Shown piece after piece: positions 52,779-62,482 of a DNA stretch of 64,000 nucleotides. The notes under the pieces were generated by a model that was given only the letters and a program-made list of their open reading frames with translations, made no database searches and had not been told where the DNA came from. Source of the DNA: an uncultured Solirubrobacterales bacterium (lineage in GTDB: Bacteria > Actinomycetota > Thermoleophilia > Solirubrobacterales > 70-9); the NCBI GenBank assembly GCA_963717375.1, contig OY970329.1, positions 2,748,426 through 2,812,425 of the forward strand, written 5' to 3'. The stretch's first letter is position 1; each line of letters begins with the position of its first letter. The position numbers were made by a program, and so were the translations under genes.

Positions 52779-53007
52779 CCTCCGCTCAGCCTCCCGCCTG
52801 CTTACGGGCGTCGCAGCACAGCTCGGGGTGACTGCAGCTCATGTCGGCAAGAAAATCTACCAGCAGCCGATTCGGCCCAACACACCCTTTCGCCCGCCGA
52901 CCAGGTTGCGCTTCGGATGGCACTGCTCGGGAGCTCGGACTTAGGACTCGACGATCCAGGGTGTACCGAATATGGTCGGTATTCCACGATCGAGGAGGCT
53001 GGTTGTC

Positions 53008-53295
53008 ATGTATGTACGTGCCGTCAGGTTTACCGATGTATCTGCCGAGCGGATGCAGCAGCTCCTTGCTCGCATCGAGGAGTCCGACGGGCCACCGCCC
53101 GGCGTACCCGCCACGGGTCTCAAGATCTTGTTCGATGAGACAGAGGGAACTGCGGTGGTCCTTCAGAGCTTCGAGAGCGCGGAGGACATGGAGGCCGGAG
53201 GCAAGGTGTTCAGCGCGATGGATTCGTCGGATACGCCCGGCACTCGTGCGTCGGTGGACATGTGCGAGGTAAAGCTCGAGCGAACGCTCACCTGA
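53008..53295 (+). CDS. Small hypothetical protein
   Basis: 95-aa ORF. The ATG is preceded by GAGGAGG with a 9-nt spacer. No recognisable motif. Confidence 0.4.
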   Translation: MYVRAVRFTDVSAERMQQLLARIEESDGPPPGVPATGLKILFDETEGTAVVLQSFESAEDMEAGGKVFSAMDSSDTPGTRASVDMCEVKLERTLT

Positions 53296-53353
53296 AGCAC
53301 CTCATTAGAAAGCGTCTGAGTCGGCTGAACCGCTACAGGAATGGGAGCTCGTC

Positions 53354-53551
53354 TTGCTATTCATCGGACTAGGCATCTTGTATTTCGTTCTCTTGGTTGT
53401 TCTTGGTGTCAGGACGTTCCAGAACAAGCACTACGTCCTCTTCGCCTTCGGTTTTGTCATCCCGGTCATCTGGATCGTCGGGGCAATGTTGCCGCCGAAA
53501 GGCATGTCCCACGTGGACGAGCTGTACGCCCGCCGCGGCGAGACGGATTAG
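53354..53551 (+). CDS. Small two-TM membrane protein (hypothetical)
   Basis: LFIGLGILYFVLLVVLGV and VLFAFGFVIPVIWIVGAML hydrophobic helices. TTG start with GGGAG upstream. Locally lower GC. Confidence 0.4.
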   Translation: MLFIGLGILYFVLLVVLGVRTFQNKHYVLFAFGFVIPVIWIVGAMLPPKGMSHVDELYARRGETD

Positions 53552-54762
53552 GCCAACCCAAGCCGCACCACGGCGGCCCGGGTGAGCATCCGCCGGGTGC
53601 CGGCGATACCGCCAATCGAGCGGGTGCCGAAGTCCTCGACCCGCCCGGCAAGCTCGGCGTCGCGCGCCGCCGTCGAGTAGACGAGCTTGTCGAGTGGCGA
53701 GAAGCGTCGCCCGCTCGAGTAGTCGGAGATGAACCAATGATGCGCACCGAGCTCGCGGCGGTGGCGCCGCGCGTAGGCCCCCAGGGCTCGATTGAGCTGC
53801 CGATCCGATCCGTGCAGAGCCGGGCCGACTTCCTCGTCCAGCCAGTCCGCCGACTGGAACGCCCAGCCACAGCCGACGCCGAAAAGTGGATCGGATGCCT
53901 GGGCGGCATCGCCGACAAACGCCATCCCACGCGCCGCGGCAGGGCGGATCGTGCTCGGCATCTCGAGCTTTCCGAACCATTTCGCGATCGGGCGCGCGCT
54001 ATCCAGGCTCGGAGCATCCGCCAGGCTCCGAAAGTGCGCGCGAACCGCCGGCTCCGGATCGCCGCGAAACTCGCCCAGCCGTCGCTTGGACGGCATCACC
54101 CCGACCATCGAGACGCCCTCCTCGTTTGGGTGCACATACGCCATGTCGGGGTCGCTGAACCAGATCATTCCCCGGCTGGGATCGGGCAGCGGGACGTCTT
54201 TGAAATAGGAGAAGTAACAGAAGCGCTTGTGCGCTCGGACGCGTCCCGAGACGCCCGCCATCCGCGCCACCTGCGAATCACGTCCGTCGGCGGCGACCAC
54301 GAGCCTTGCCGTCAGCGTTCTCGCGTTGTCTCCATTTCCCGAAACGCGGACGCCTTCGATCTGCTCATCGCCCTCGAGGCCCACCGCCGTGAGGCCGGGC
54401 AGGTAGTCCACGCCCGGAGTCTCGATCGCCTGCCGGCGCACGATCGGGTCGAGGACCGAGCGCCGCAGGTTCAAGCTGCGCAGGCCCCGATCCGGCGGGC
54501 GTATCCACCCGTAGCGCGTCCAGATGTCGGACTGGGCGCGAACGGCGCCGGCCTCGCGGATCGCCGGCCCGATCCCGAGCCGCTCCATCGCCGCCATCGC
54601 ACCGGCCTGGATGTTGTGGGTGCAGACGACCTTGTAGGCGTCGAGCTCGGGGCGCTTCTCCACCACGGCGACGCGAGCCCCCCGCAGCGCGAGGAGCCGG
54701 GCCGCGGCGCACCCGGCCAGGCTCCCCCCGACGACCACAACGTCGTATTCGCGATCAGGCAT
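53548..54762 (-). CDS. FAD-dependent monooxygenase (geranylgeranyl-reductase-like fold)
   Basis: N-terminal YDVVVVGGSLAGCAAARLLALRGARVAVVEK dinucleotide-binding motif. 404 aa. Confidence 0.8.
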   Translation of the reverse strand: MPDREYDVVVVGGSLAGCAAARLLALRGARVAVVEKRPELDAYKVVCTHNIQAGAMAAMERLGIGPAIREAGAVRAQSDIWTRYGWIRPPDRGLRSLNLRRSVLDPIVRRQAIETPGVDYLPGLTAVGLEGDEQIEGVRVSGNGDNARTLTARLVVAADGRDSQVARMAGVSGRVRAHKRFCYFSYFKDVPLPDPSRGMIWFSDPDMAYVHPNEEGVSMVGVMPSKRRLGEFRGDPEPAVRAHFRSLADAPSLDSARPIAKWFGKLEMPSTIRPAAARGMAFVGDAAQASDPLFGVGCGWAFQSADWLDEEVGPALHGSDRQLNRALGAYARRHRRELGAHHWFISDYSSGRRFSPLDKLVYSTAARDAELAGRVEDFGTRSIGGIAGTRRMLTRAAVVRLGLA

Positions 54763-56149
54763 TCGGCTGGATGTTCTGGTTGACGCGGAAGAGGTTCGTC
54801 GGGTCGTAGGTGGCCTTGATCTGCGCCAGGCGGTCGTAGTTGTCGCCGTAGCTGGCCCGCACTCGCTCCTGGCCCTCGTCCATCATCATGTTGACGTAGG
54901 CGCCGCCGGCCGAGTAGGGGTGCAGCGCCTCGAAGTAGTCGACGCACCAGTTGCGGATCGCATCCGCGTTCGCCGGGTCTGGGTCGACGCCGGCGAAGAC
55001 CGAGCCCCAGCCGGCGTCGCGGTAGGCCCAGGGGGTGTCGGACGGCCCGACGTCGTGGGCGGCCCCGTCGATCGGGTAGAGGTGCATCGTCGACTTCCAG
55101 GTCGGCATCGCGGCGCCGAACCTGGCGTGGATCTCAAGTGCCTCGTCGGGGATCTCGTTGACGAAGTCGGCGCGCCAGTACCACTGGTCGCCGGCGGGGT
55201 AGACCGGGTCGAAGGCGCTCTGTAGCGCCGGTAGCGGCATCTCCTGGGGCGCGTGCAAAAGGGGCCCCGGCAGCGCCTCGAGCAGAGGGGCCATCGCCTC
55301 GGCGGCATCCTTCGGGTCTCCCGAGTAGCACCAGACGACGCCGCAGACCTTGCGCAGGTGGAGCTCCTCGGGGAAGGGCGGCGCCGGCGGGACCGAGGTG
55401 AAGGCGAAGAAGCCGTTCAGCTCCCGCGGGGCGTTCGGGATGAAGTCCCGGTAGGCCCTCAGCACCTCGGCGCCCTGCTCGACCGGCCAGAAGGTCGGCC
55501 CGCCGACGATCATGCCCACCTCATGGAGGCGAAAGAGGAACGAGGTGACGACGCCGAAGTTGCCGCCGCCGCCCCGGATCGCCCAGTGCAGGTCAGGGTT
55601 CTCGTCCGCCGCGGCGCGGACCCGCTCGCCGCTCGCGAGCACCACCTCCGCCTCGATCAAATTGTCGATCGTCAGGCCGCACCTGCGGGTCAGGTGACCC
55701 AGGCCACCGCCGAGAGTAAGACCGCCCACACCGGTGGTCGAGATGATCCCGCTGGGGGTGGCCAGCCCGTGCTCGTTGGTCGCGGCATCGACTTCGCCCC
55801 AGAGGCAGCCGCCGCCGACCCTCGCCGTCCGGGCCTCGGGATCGACCTCGATCTCCTTCAGCCCCGAGAGGTCGAGGACGACGCCGTCGTCACACGTCCC
55901 CAGACCGCCGCCGTTATGGCCGCCGCCGCGAACCGCGAGCAGGACCTCATGGTCACGGGCAAAGGCGATGACCTTCGCGACGTCGTCGGAATCGGCGCAT
56001 TTGGCGATCAGGGCCGGATGCCGGTCGATCATCGCGTTGTAGACCTCGCGGGCCTCGTCGTAGCCGGGCTCCGCGGGGCCGGTCAGCTCTCCCTTGAATC
56101 CGGAGATCTCGGTGCGGGCCGTCTGTAGCAGGGTGTCGGGGATGCTCAT
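54755..56149 (-). CDS. FAD-linked oxidase with BBE domain (paralogue of 47086-48483)
   Basis: LAVRGGGHNGGG, GGGNFGVVTSFLF and the C-terminal YDPTNLFRVNQNI. ATG 56149 is preceded by GGAGG with a 5-nt spacer. Confidence 0.85.
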   Translation of the reverse strand: MSIPDTLLQTARTEISGFKGELTGPAEPGYDEAREVYNAMIDRHPALIAKCADSDDVAKVIAFARDHEVLLAVRGGGHNGGGLGTCDDGVVLDLSGLKEIEVDPEARTARVGGGCLWGEVDAATNEHGLATPSGIISTTGVGGLTLGGGLGHLTRRCGLTIDNLIEAEVVLASGERVRAAADENPDLHWAIRGGGGNFGVVTSFLFRLHEVGMIVGGPTFWPVEQGAEVLRAYRDFIPNAPRELNGFFAFTSVPPAPPFPEELHLRKVCGVVWCYSGDPKDAAEAMAPLLEALPGPLLHAPQEMPLPALQSAFDPVYPAGDQWYWRADFVNEIPDEALEIHARFGAAMPTWKSTMHLYPIDGAAHDVGPSDTPWAYRDAGWGSVFAGVDPDPANADAIRNWCVDYFEALHPYSAGGAYVNMMMDEGQERVRASYGDNYDRLAQIKATYDPTNLFRVNQNIQPNA

Positions 56150-56267
56150 CTGTGCCTCCAGGCTGTCGTCACAAGTCGTTTCGACGAGGCTAGGGCGCTC
56201 GATCGCCGCTGTCATGACCTGACCTGACCCAATTTCCAGGCCCTCGTTTTGAGCGATTCGCGGGGGA

Positions 56268-59200
56268 ATGGTCAAAACTGACTATCTTTTTGCCATGGAT
56301 GCTGAGGCCCCGGACCTTCCGGGCTCGCTCCGCCCGACTTCGACCTCCCCGTTCGTCGGCCGCGCGGCCGAGCTGGAGAAGCTTCGGAGCCTGATCCCAC
56401 AGGCCGCGGGCGAGGGCCGCAGGGTGGCACTGCTCGCCGGCGAGCCCGGCGCCGGCAAGAGTCGCCTGGCGCGTGAGTTCGCCGGCCAGGCCGCAATCGA
56501 TGGGGCGCTTGTCCTCTATGGCGGCTGCGACGCCGTGGTGCAGATGCCCTACGGGCCCTTCGTCGAGGTGCTCGATCGCCTGGTGCGCGTAACCGAGGCC
56601 GACGAGCTGCGAGCCGCGATCGGCCCCGGCGGCGGCGAGCTGACCCGACTGCTGCCCGACCTGTCCAGCCTGGTCGGCGAGCTGTCGAAGCCGGTCGAGG
56701 CTGACCCCGATACGGAGCGCCATCGCCTCCACACGGCGGTCGCCGACCTGCTGGCCCAGGTCAGCCGCGAAAGGCCGGTGCTGCTGGTGCTGGAGGACGG
56801 GCACTGGGCCGATCCTCCGACGCTCCTGCTCCTGCGACACCTGGCGCGCTCGGCCTGGAGCGGCAGGCTGCTGCTCCTCGTGACCTTCCGCGATACCGAG
56901 GCCGACGTGCCGGGCGAGCTCTCCGAGACGCTGGCTGACCTCGGCCGCTCCGACGACGTGGTCCGGATGCGTCTCGCCGGGCTCTCCGAGGCGGAGATCG
57001 CCGACCTCGTCGGCCGGGCCGCCGAGAGCGATCCCGGGGCCGAGCTTCGCCGGCTCGCGGCCACGATCCGCGATCTCACCGGCGGCAACGCGTTCCTCGT
57101 CTGCGAGCTGTGGCGAGCCCTCGTCGAGTCCGGGACGGTCGAGGTCGCCGACGGTCGCCTCAACGTCACCGAGCCGCTGTCGGCGCTGGGGACGCCGGAG
57201 AGCGTCCGCGAGCTGGTCAATCAGCGGCTCTCGCGCCTGGCTCCGAAAACGGCGGATCTGCTCGATCTCGCCGCTGTAGCCGGCTCCGAGTTCGAGTTCG
57301 AGCCGATCGGCGCCGCCGCCGATCTCACCGAGCCGGAGCTGCTCACCGCCCTCGAGGAGGCGGTGGCAAGCGGGATGATCGAGGAGCTCCCGTCGAAGCG
57401 GTTGGCCTGGCGCTTCACCCACGAGATCATGCGGCGCGCGCTCTACGACCGGCTTTCTCGCCTGCGTCGCGCCGAGCTTCACCTCCGTGTCGCGGAGGCA
57501 CTCGAGAGCGCCGGGCAGGGCTCCGACCGCAGCCTCGCTGACCTCGCCCATCACTTCGGCGCCGCGGCGCCGTTCGGCGGCGCCGAGCGGGCGATCGTCT
57601 ACAACCTGCGCGCGGCGCGCGCGGCGGGCGCCGCGCTTGCCTTTGACGAAGCGGCGAACCACCTGAGGACCGCGCTCGAGATCGGCATCGAGGACAAGCG
57701 CCGGCGGGCGGAGGCGCTGCTCGAACTCGGTGCCGCGAGCCACCGGGCCGGGAACGCGACCGACGCTCTGGAGGCGTTCGCCTCGGCGGCGGAGCTGGTC
57801 CGCGAGCTCGACGCCGGCGAGCTGCTCGCGCGTGCGGCGATCGGCTACGAGGAGGCCTGTTGGCGCCCGGGAGTGCCGAGCCGCGACGCGATCGATCTGC
57901 TCGAGGAGGCTCTGGCGGCCGTGGGCCCCGACAGCGGCGAGCTGCGGACGGGCTTGCTGGCCGGCCTCGCCCGCGCGCTCGACTTCCAGGGCGAGCGCGA
58001 GCGCGGGGCGATCGTGCGCGAAAGCGCAGTCGCGCTGGCCCGCAGCCAGGAGGACAGCACCGGGCTGGCAAAGGTCCTGGTGCGCTCCTACTGGGCGCGC
58101 GGCACGACTCCGCTGGAGGAGATCCTGCCGATGCTGACCGAGGCGAGGGACCTGGCCGAGGAGCTGGGGGACGCCGAGATCCACACCGAGGCGATGGCCT
58201 GGCGGGTGCCGACCTTCGTCGCCCTCGGCGATCTCGAGTCGGCCCGCAACGAGGTCGCCGCCCAACTGGAGATGGCCGAGCGGACTGCGCAGCCGTTCAT
58301 GAACCACGTCGCCGAGCAGTCCGGGTCGGCGATCGCCCTCTGCGACGGGGACCTCGTCGCGGCCGAGGAGCGGGCGGCGCGCTCTCGCGACTGGGGCCTG
58401 CTGCTGACCGGCCGCGACGCCTCGGCCACCTACGGGATTCAGATGTTTGGCGTCCGCCGCGAGCAGGGACGGCTGGCCGAGCTGGCGCCGGCAGTGAGGA
58501 TCCTGGCCGCCCAGGCGGATCGCGAGGGCCCCTGGAGTCCGGGCCTGGTCGCCGTGCTCGCCGAGCTTGGCATGGAGCGGGAGGCGAGGCGCGAGCTGGC
58601 AAGGCTCGCCTCGGAGGGCATCGACGGCTTTCGCGCCTCCCTCTGGCTCGCGACGCTCGCCTATCTCGCCGACGCCAGCGCCGCGCTCGGCGACGAGACG
58701 ATGGCGGCGATCGTCTATCCGGAGCTCGAGCCCCTCGCCGGCGCCACGGTGATGATCGGTCATCTGGTCGCCTGCTACGGGTCCGCCGACCGCTACCTGG
58801 GCATGCTTGCCGCGACGCTGGGGGAGGCCGACCAAGCCGAGCAGCACTTTGAGCGGGCGATGGCGCAGAACAAGCGGATGGGCGCGTCGACCTGGGTGGC
58901 CCACACTGCCTACGAGCATGCTCGCTTCCTGCTCGGCCGGGGCCGCGGGTCCCGCCAGCGGGCCGAGGCGCTGCTGGGCGAGGCGGCTGGCCTAGCCGAG
59001 CGGATCGGCATGACCGGACTGCTGGCCAAAATCCGCTCGCATGGCGTGACCGCTGCCGACAGCGGCTTGCCCGATGGGCTCTCCCCGCGTGAGGCCCAGA
59101 TCCTGGAGCTGGTCGCCAGGGGACTGAGCAATCGCGAGATCGGCGAGGAGCTGTCGATCAGCGAACACACGGCGGCCAACCACGTCCGCAGCATCCTGCG

Positions 59201-59270
59201 CAAGACCGAGTGCGCGAACCGCACCGAGGCGGCCTCCTACGCACACCGGCACGGGCTCGCCTCGAATTAG
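56268..59270 (+). CDS. LAL-type regulator: N-terminal AAA ATPase + helical repeats + C-terminal LuxR HTH
   Basis: FVGRAAELEKL...LLAGEPGAGKSRLA (Walker A) and VLLVLEDGHWAD (Walker B). C-terminal LSPREAQILELVARGLSNREIGEELSISEHTAANHVRSILRKT. Confidence 0.85.
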   Translation: MVKTDYLFAMDAEAPDLPGSLRPTSTSPFVGRAAELEKLRSLIPQAAGEGRRVALLAGEPGAGKSRLAREFAGQAAIDGALVLYGGCDAVVQMPYGPFVEVLDRLVRVTEADELRAAIGPGGGELTRLLPDLSSLVGELSKPVEADPDTERHRLHTAVADLLAQVSRERPVLLVLEDGHWADPPTLLLLRHLARSAWSGRLLLLVTFRDTEADVPGELSETLADLGRSDDVVRMRLAGLSEAEIADLVGRAAESDPGAELRRLAATIRDLTGGNAFLVCELWRALVESGTVEVADGRLNVTEPLSALGTPESVRELVNQRLSRLAPKTADLLDLAAVAGSEFEFEPIGAAADLTEPELLTALEEAVASGMIEELPSKRLAWRFTHEIMRRALYDRLSRLRRAELHLRVAEALESAGQGSDRSLADLAHHFGAAAPFGGAERAIVYNLRAARAAGAALAFDEAANHLRTALEIGIEDKRRRAEALLELGAASHRAGNATDALEAFASAAELVRELDAGELLARAAIGYEEACWRPGVPSRDAIDLLEEALAAVGPDSGELRTGLLAGLARALDFQGERERGAIVRESAVALARSQEDSTGLAKVLVRSYWARGTTPLEEILPMLTEARDLAEELGDAEIHTEAMAWRVPTFVALGDLESARNEVAAQLEMAERTAQPFMNHVAEQSGSAIALCDGDLVAAEERAARSRDWGLLLTGRDASATYGIQMFGVRREQGRLAELAPAVRILAAQADREGPWSPGLVAVLAELGMEREARRELARLASEGIDGFRASLWLATLAYLADASAALGDETMAAIVYPELEPLAGATVMIGHLVACYGSADRYLGMLAATLGEADQAEQHFERAMAQNKRMGASTWVAHTAYEHARFLLGRGRGSRQRAEALLGEAAGLAERIGMTGLLAKIRSHGVTAADSGLPDGLSPREAQILELVARGLSNREIGEELSISEHTAANHVRSILRKTECANRTEAASYAHRHGLASN

Positions 59271-59296
59271 GAGGTGACCCCCGCTACCATCGCGGC

Positions 59297-59584
59297 ATGC
59301 CCCTGTACATGATCGAGCGCAGCTTTGCCGAGCAGCTCGACCTCAGCGAGGACGACGTCGAGATGATTGAGGAGATCAACGGCGACGAGGGGGTCAGCTG
59401 GCTGTTCTCGTTCCTGAGCGCCGACAAGCGTCGAACCTACTGTCTCTACGAGGCCCCCTCACCGGAGGCGATCCTCGCCGCCGCACGCAAAGCGGACGTC
59501 CCGGCCGACGCGGTGGTCGAAGTGGGCGCGGGCACGCCGCAGTTCTCAGGCCGGCTGCGCGACTGGGCAGACTCGATCGGCTGA
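59297..59584 (+). CDS. DUF4242-like small protein
   Basis: MPLYMIERSF...TYCLYEAPSPEAILAAARKADVPADAVVEV resembles the DUF4242 family pattern. 95 aa. Confidence 0.6.
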   Translation: MPLYMIERSFAEQLDLSEDDVEMIEEINGDEGVSWLFSFLSADKRRTYCLYEAPSPEAILAAARKADVPADAVVEVGAGTPQFSGRLRDWADSIG

Positions 59585-59598
59585 GTCGGCCGCAGGTA

Positions 59599-61269
59599 TC
59601 AACGCCACAGCTCGCGGCGCAGTAGCGCATTGCCGCGCTCGAGTTGATCGATGGTGGCGCTGGAGACCGAGCGCGTGCGGGTGTCGCGATTGATGCGGGC
59701 CTGGACCTCCCGGTGCGATTTGCCGGTGCGACGGGCGACGTCTGCGACCAGGCGCCTGCGCTCGCCGCGCAGCCGCTCTCGGGTGGCGTAGGCCGACTCC
59801 CGCTCGGGTTCGAGGTTCTCCGACGTGGCTTCGGGCCTGGCGAGGGTGGTCGCCTTCTTCGCCCCCGACCCGGGGTCATCGGTCGGGAAGAGCTGAAGCG
59901 TGGTTTCGCTCATGATTGCCTCGTCGAGTTCGGCATCGCCCGAGCTCAAGACGGCAAAGCCGCCACCCGGCTCGGGCCGCTCCGGATCGGCCTCGTCCAT
60001 CTCGACCTCTTCCTCCTCGGCGCCCGGCGAGAGGTCGAGCGCGTGGCGGCGCTCCAGCTCAATCTCGTGGGCGAGCGCCTTCAGCCGCGGGTCGGCGGGC
60101 ATCAGCAGGTAGCTCATCTGGCGGCGCGGCTTCGGGGTGGTCCGGATGAAGCGACCGACCACCTGGCGGAAGAAGAGCTCGGTCCGGGCCGCCGTCGCGT
60201 AGACGCCGACCCGCAGGCGGGGGATGTCGACGCCCTCGGAGACCATCAGGACCGAGACCAGCCAGCGCCGGTTCGAGGAGGCGAAATCGGCGATGCGCCG
60301 GCTGGCACCGGGCTCGTCGCTCATCACCAGCTCGGGTTGCTCCCCCGAGATCGATCCGAGCCGCGCCGCGATCGCCCGTGCGTGATCCTGATCGGAGGCG
60401 ATGACCAGGCCGCCCGCGTCAGGGTGCCCGTCGGCGCGCACCTCGCTCAGCCTGGCGTCGCCGTCGCGCAGCACCTCGCCCATCCACTCGCCGTCCGGGC
60501 TGAGCGCCGTGCGCAGGCGCCGGGCCGCCTCCACCGCCGGCAGGGCGAGGTCGAAGTCGGCGCTGCGCAGCCGGCCATCCGAGACCCACTCCATCTCACC
60601 GTCATAGGGCAGGAAGGTGATCGGGCGGCACACCCGGTCGACCAGCGCCTGTGGATAGCCGTAGGCGTAGTCGGCCCGGCTGAGACCGTCCCCGTCGTAG
60701 GTGACCCAGGGAATGGCCGAGTTGTCGGAGCGGAAGGGCGTGCCCGAGAGGAGCAGCCGGAAGCGGGCGCCGTCGAAGGCCTTGCGGGTTTGCAGGCCCC
60801 AGGCGGCCAGATCGCCCATGTGGTGCGGCTCGTCGGCGATCAGAAGGGTCGGCCGGCGGCCGGCGGCCAGCCGGTGCACCTCCGGCCCGGCCGAGATCGT
60901 CTGGTAGGTGACGGCGACGCCGTGGAAGTCGGCCGACTCCGGGCCGTCCGAGTTAGGCCTGTTCGGCTCGAGGTCGATGCCGTAGCGGCCCGCGTCGGCG
61001 GCCCACTGGCGGCAGATGTGGGTGGTCGGGCCGGCCACGACAACGCGCGAGACGAACTTGGCGCTCAGCATCCGGTGGGCGATGTGCAGGCCGAAGGTGG
61101 TCTTGCCGGCCGCCGGCGTCGCCGAGGCCAAGAAGCTGGCGCCAGAGTGCGCCCGCACGGATTCGGTCGCCTCCTCCTGCCACGAGCGCAGGGGTCGGTC
61201 GTCGGGCCAATCCGGAAGCGACCGGGCGCGCGGGTTGCCGCCGATCGGGTGCTTAGAGGCGTCGTACAA
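59599..61269 (-). CDS. Superfamily-2 DEAD/DEAH-like helicase (ResIII + helicase C) with acidic linker and basic C-terminal tail
   Basis: Motif I ATPAAGKT, motif II LLIADEPHH, motif III LLSGTPFR and motif VI-like FRQVVGRFIR. The tail is RERLRGERRRLVADVARRTGKSHREVQARINR. Confidence 0.8.
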   Translation of the reverse strand: MYDASKHPIGGNPRARSLPDWPDDRPLRSWQEEATESVRAHSGASFLASATPAAGKTTFGLHIAHRMLSAKFVSRVVVAGPTTHICRQWAADAGRYGIDLEPNRPNSDGPESADFHGVAVTYQTISAGPEVHRLAAGRRPTLLIADEPHHMGDLAAWGLQTRKAFDGARFRLLLSGTPFRSDNSAIPWVTYDGDGLSRADYAYGYPQALVDRVCRPITFLPYDGEMEWVSDGRLRSADFDLALPAVEAARRLRTALSPDGEWMGEVLRDGDARLSEVRADGHPDAGGLVIASDQDHARAIAARLGSISGEQPELVMSDEPGASRRIADFASSNRRWLVSVLMVSEGVDIPRLRVGVYATAARTELFFRQVVGRFIRTTPKPRRQMSYLLMPADPRLKALAHEIELERRHALDLSPGAEEEEVEMDEADPERPEPGGGFAVLSSGDAELDEAIMSETTLQLFPTDDPGSGAKKATTLARPEATSENLEPERESAYATRERLRGERRRLVADVARRTGKSHREVQARINRDTRTRSVSSATIDQLERGNALLRRELWR

Positions 61270-61325
61270 GGGCGGGCCACAATAGGGTCGCCCGCGGTCG
61301 GAGGGCGTCTCGCGCTCGCACCCGG

Positions 61326-62480
61326 CTACGACAGACGGGAATTGACTTCTGCTGCTAGTTCGAAGAGCGGCGGGCAGGCACCGCTGTCGTTGAAGCTTTC
61401 CAGCTGCAACATGAAGAACACGTCACCGCGTTGGACCCCGACCGTGGTCTGGTGCACGGTCCGATAGTGGTCGTAGTGGCAGATTGCGCCGTCACCAATA
61501 CCGGGATCTCGTTCGACGTAAGTTTCGTGTCCAGGCTGTGGATGGGCTTCTTCCTTTTCCCAGGCATCGAAGACCCTCTCGATGGTCGGCGTCTGTTCGC
61601 TCGTGGTGATGGCGAAGTCGATGGACGTGAGTTCCTTTGGCCCCAGCCGGTTGTCGTCCTCATTGGTGTAGTTGCAGTCTTCAGCGCTTGAGGTGACCGG
61701 GATTGGGTTGGGGAAGACGCCTTCGACCTGTTCTTCGGTGAGGATCGAACAGGGCTTGGGGATGGCCGATGGCGAGCCGCTCAGGTTCTCCGACTGCTCC
61801 TGTTGTGCCGTCGAGTCGGTCTCGGAGTTGCTGGTTGCCTGCGTTGAAGGGTTTTCCCGTTTCGCGGCGGCACTGCCGATCTGTTCGGCGACGGCCTGCG
61901 GGTCAGGGACCGATCCTTCGGGGAGCAGAACCGAGATTTTCTGGTGCGGGAACCAGAGTTCGGCGTTGGAGAAATTGACCGGCGTGATGTCGTTGGCGGA
62001 GACTTGGGTCAGCTCCAGGAACGCACCCTGACCCCAGCTCGGCTGATCGATCAGGGTGCCAACGGCGGCTTCAATCTCTTCGCTGCTCGCTGGTTCCGAT
62101 TGTTCGAGTTCTTCAAGTTTGGCTTTCAGCGCCGCCGGAGTCTTCTGTTCCTGATCGGGCAGGGGAAATTCGCTGACTTCGACGGTCGGGTTTTCGTAGT
62201 GAGCGTTGGCGTCGGTTTCCAGATCGTGTTCTGAGGCTGTCGAGAACTCGCAGATCCAGCTTTCGGGCCTGATCGCGGGATCGAGCTCCGAGACCTCCTG
62301 GCCAATGGCTGCGCTGACCTCACTCACGGTCAGCGGACAATCGCCGGATGCTTCGTCGCTGACGGCGCCATCCGGTTCCGTCGACGCCGGTGAGCCGCTT
62401 GCAGACCCTTCGCCAGGGGATCCCTCACTTGAGCCGCAGCCGCCAATGCTCACTGCCACGAGCATTGCCGCCGCCAGCAT
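61326..62480 (-). CDS. Acidic lipoprotein with two similar Cys-containing modules
   Basis: Lipobox MLVAVSIGGC. Two modules begin DCPLTVSEVSAAIGQEV and KPCSILTEEQVEGVF. The gene is visibly less GC-rich than its surroundings. Confidence 0.65.
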   Translation of the reverse strand: MLAAAMLVAVSIGGCGSSEGSPGEGSASGSPASTEPDGAVSDEASGDCPLTVSEVSAAIGQEVSELDPAIRPESWICEFSTASEHDLETDANAHYENPTVEVSEFPLPDQEQKTPAALKAKLEELEQSEPASSEEIEAAVGTLIDQPSWGQGAFLELTQVSANDITPVNFSNAELWFPHQKISVLLPEGSVPDPQAVAEQIGSAAAKRENPSTQATSNSETDSTAQQEQSENLSGSPSAIPKPCSILTEEQVEGVFPNPIPVTSSAEDCNYTNEDDNRLGPKELTSIDFAITTSEQTPTIERVFDAWEKEEAHPQPGHETYVERDPGIGDGAICHYDHYRTVHQTTVGVQRGDVFFMLQLESFNDSGACPPLFELAAEVNSRLS

Positions 62481-62482
62481 CG

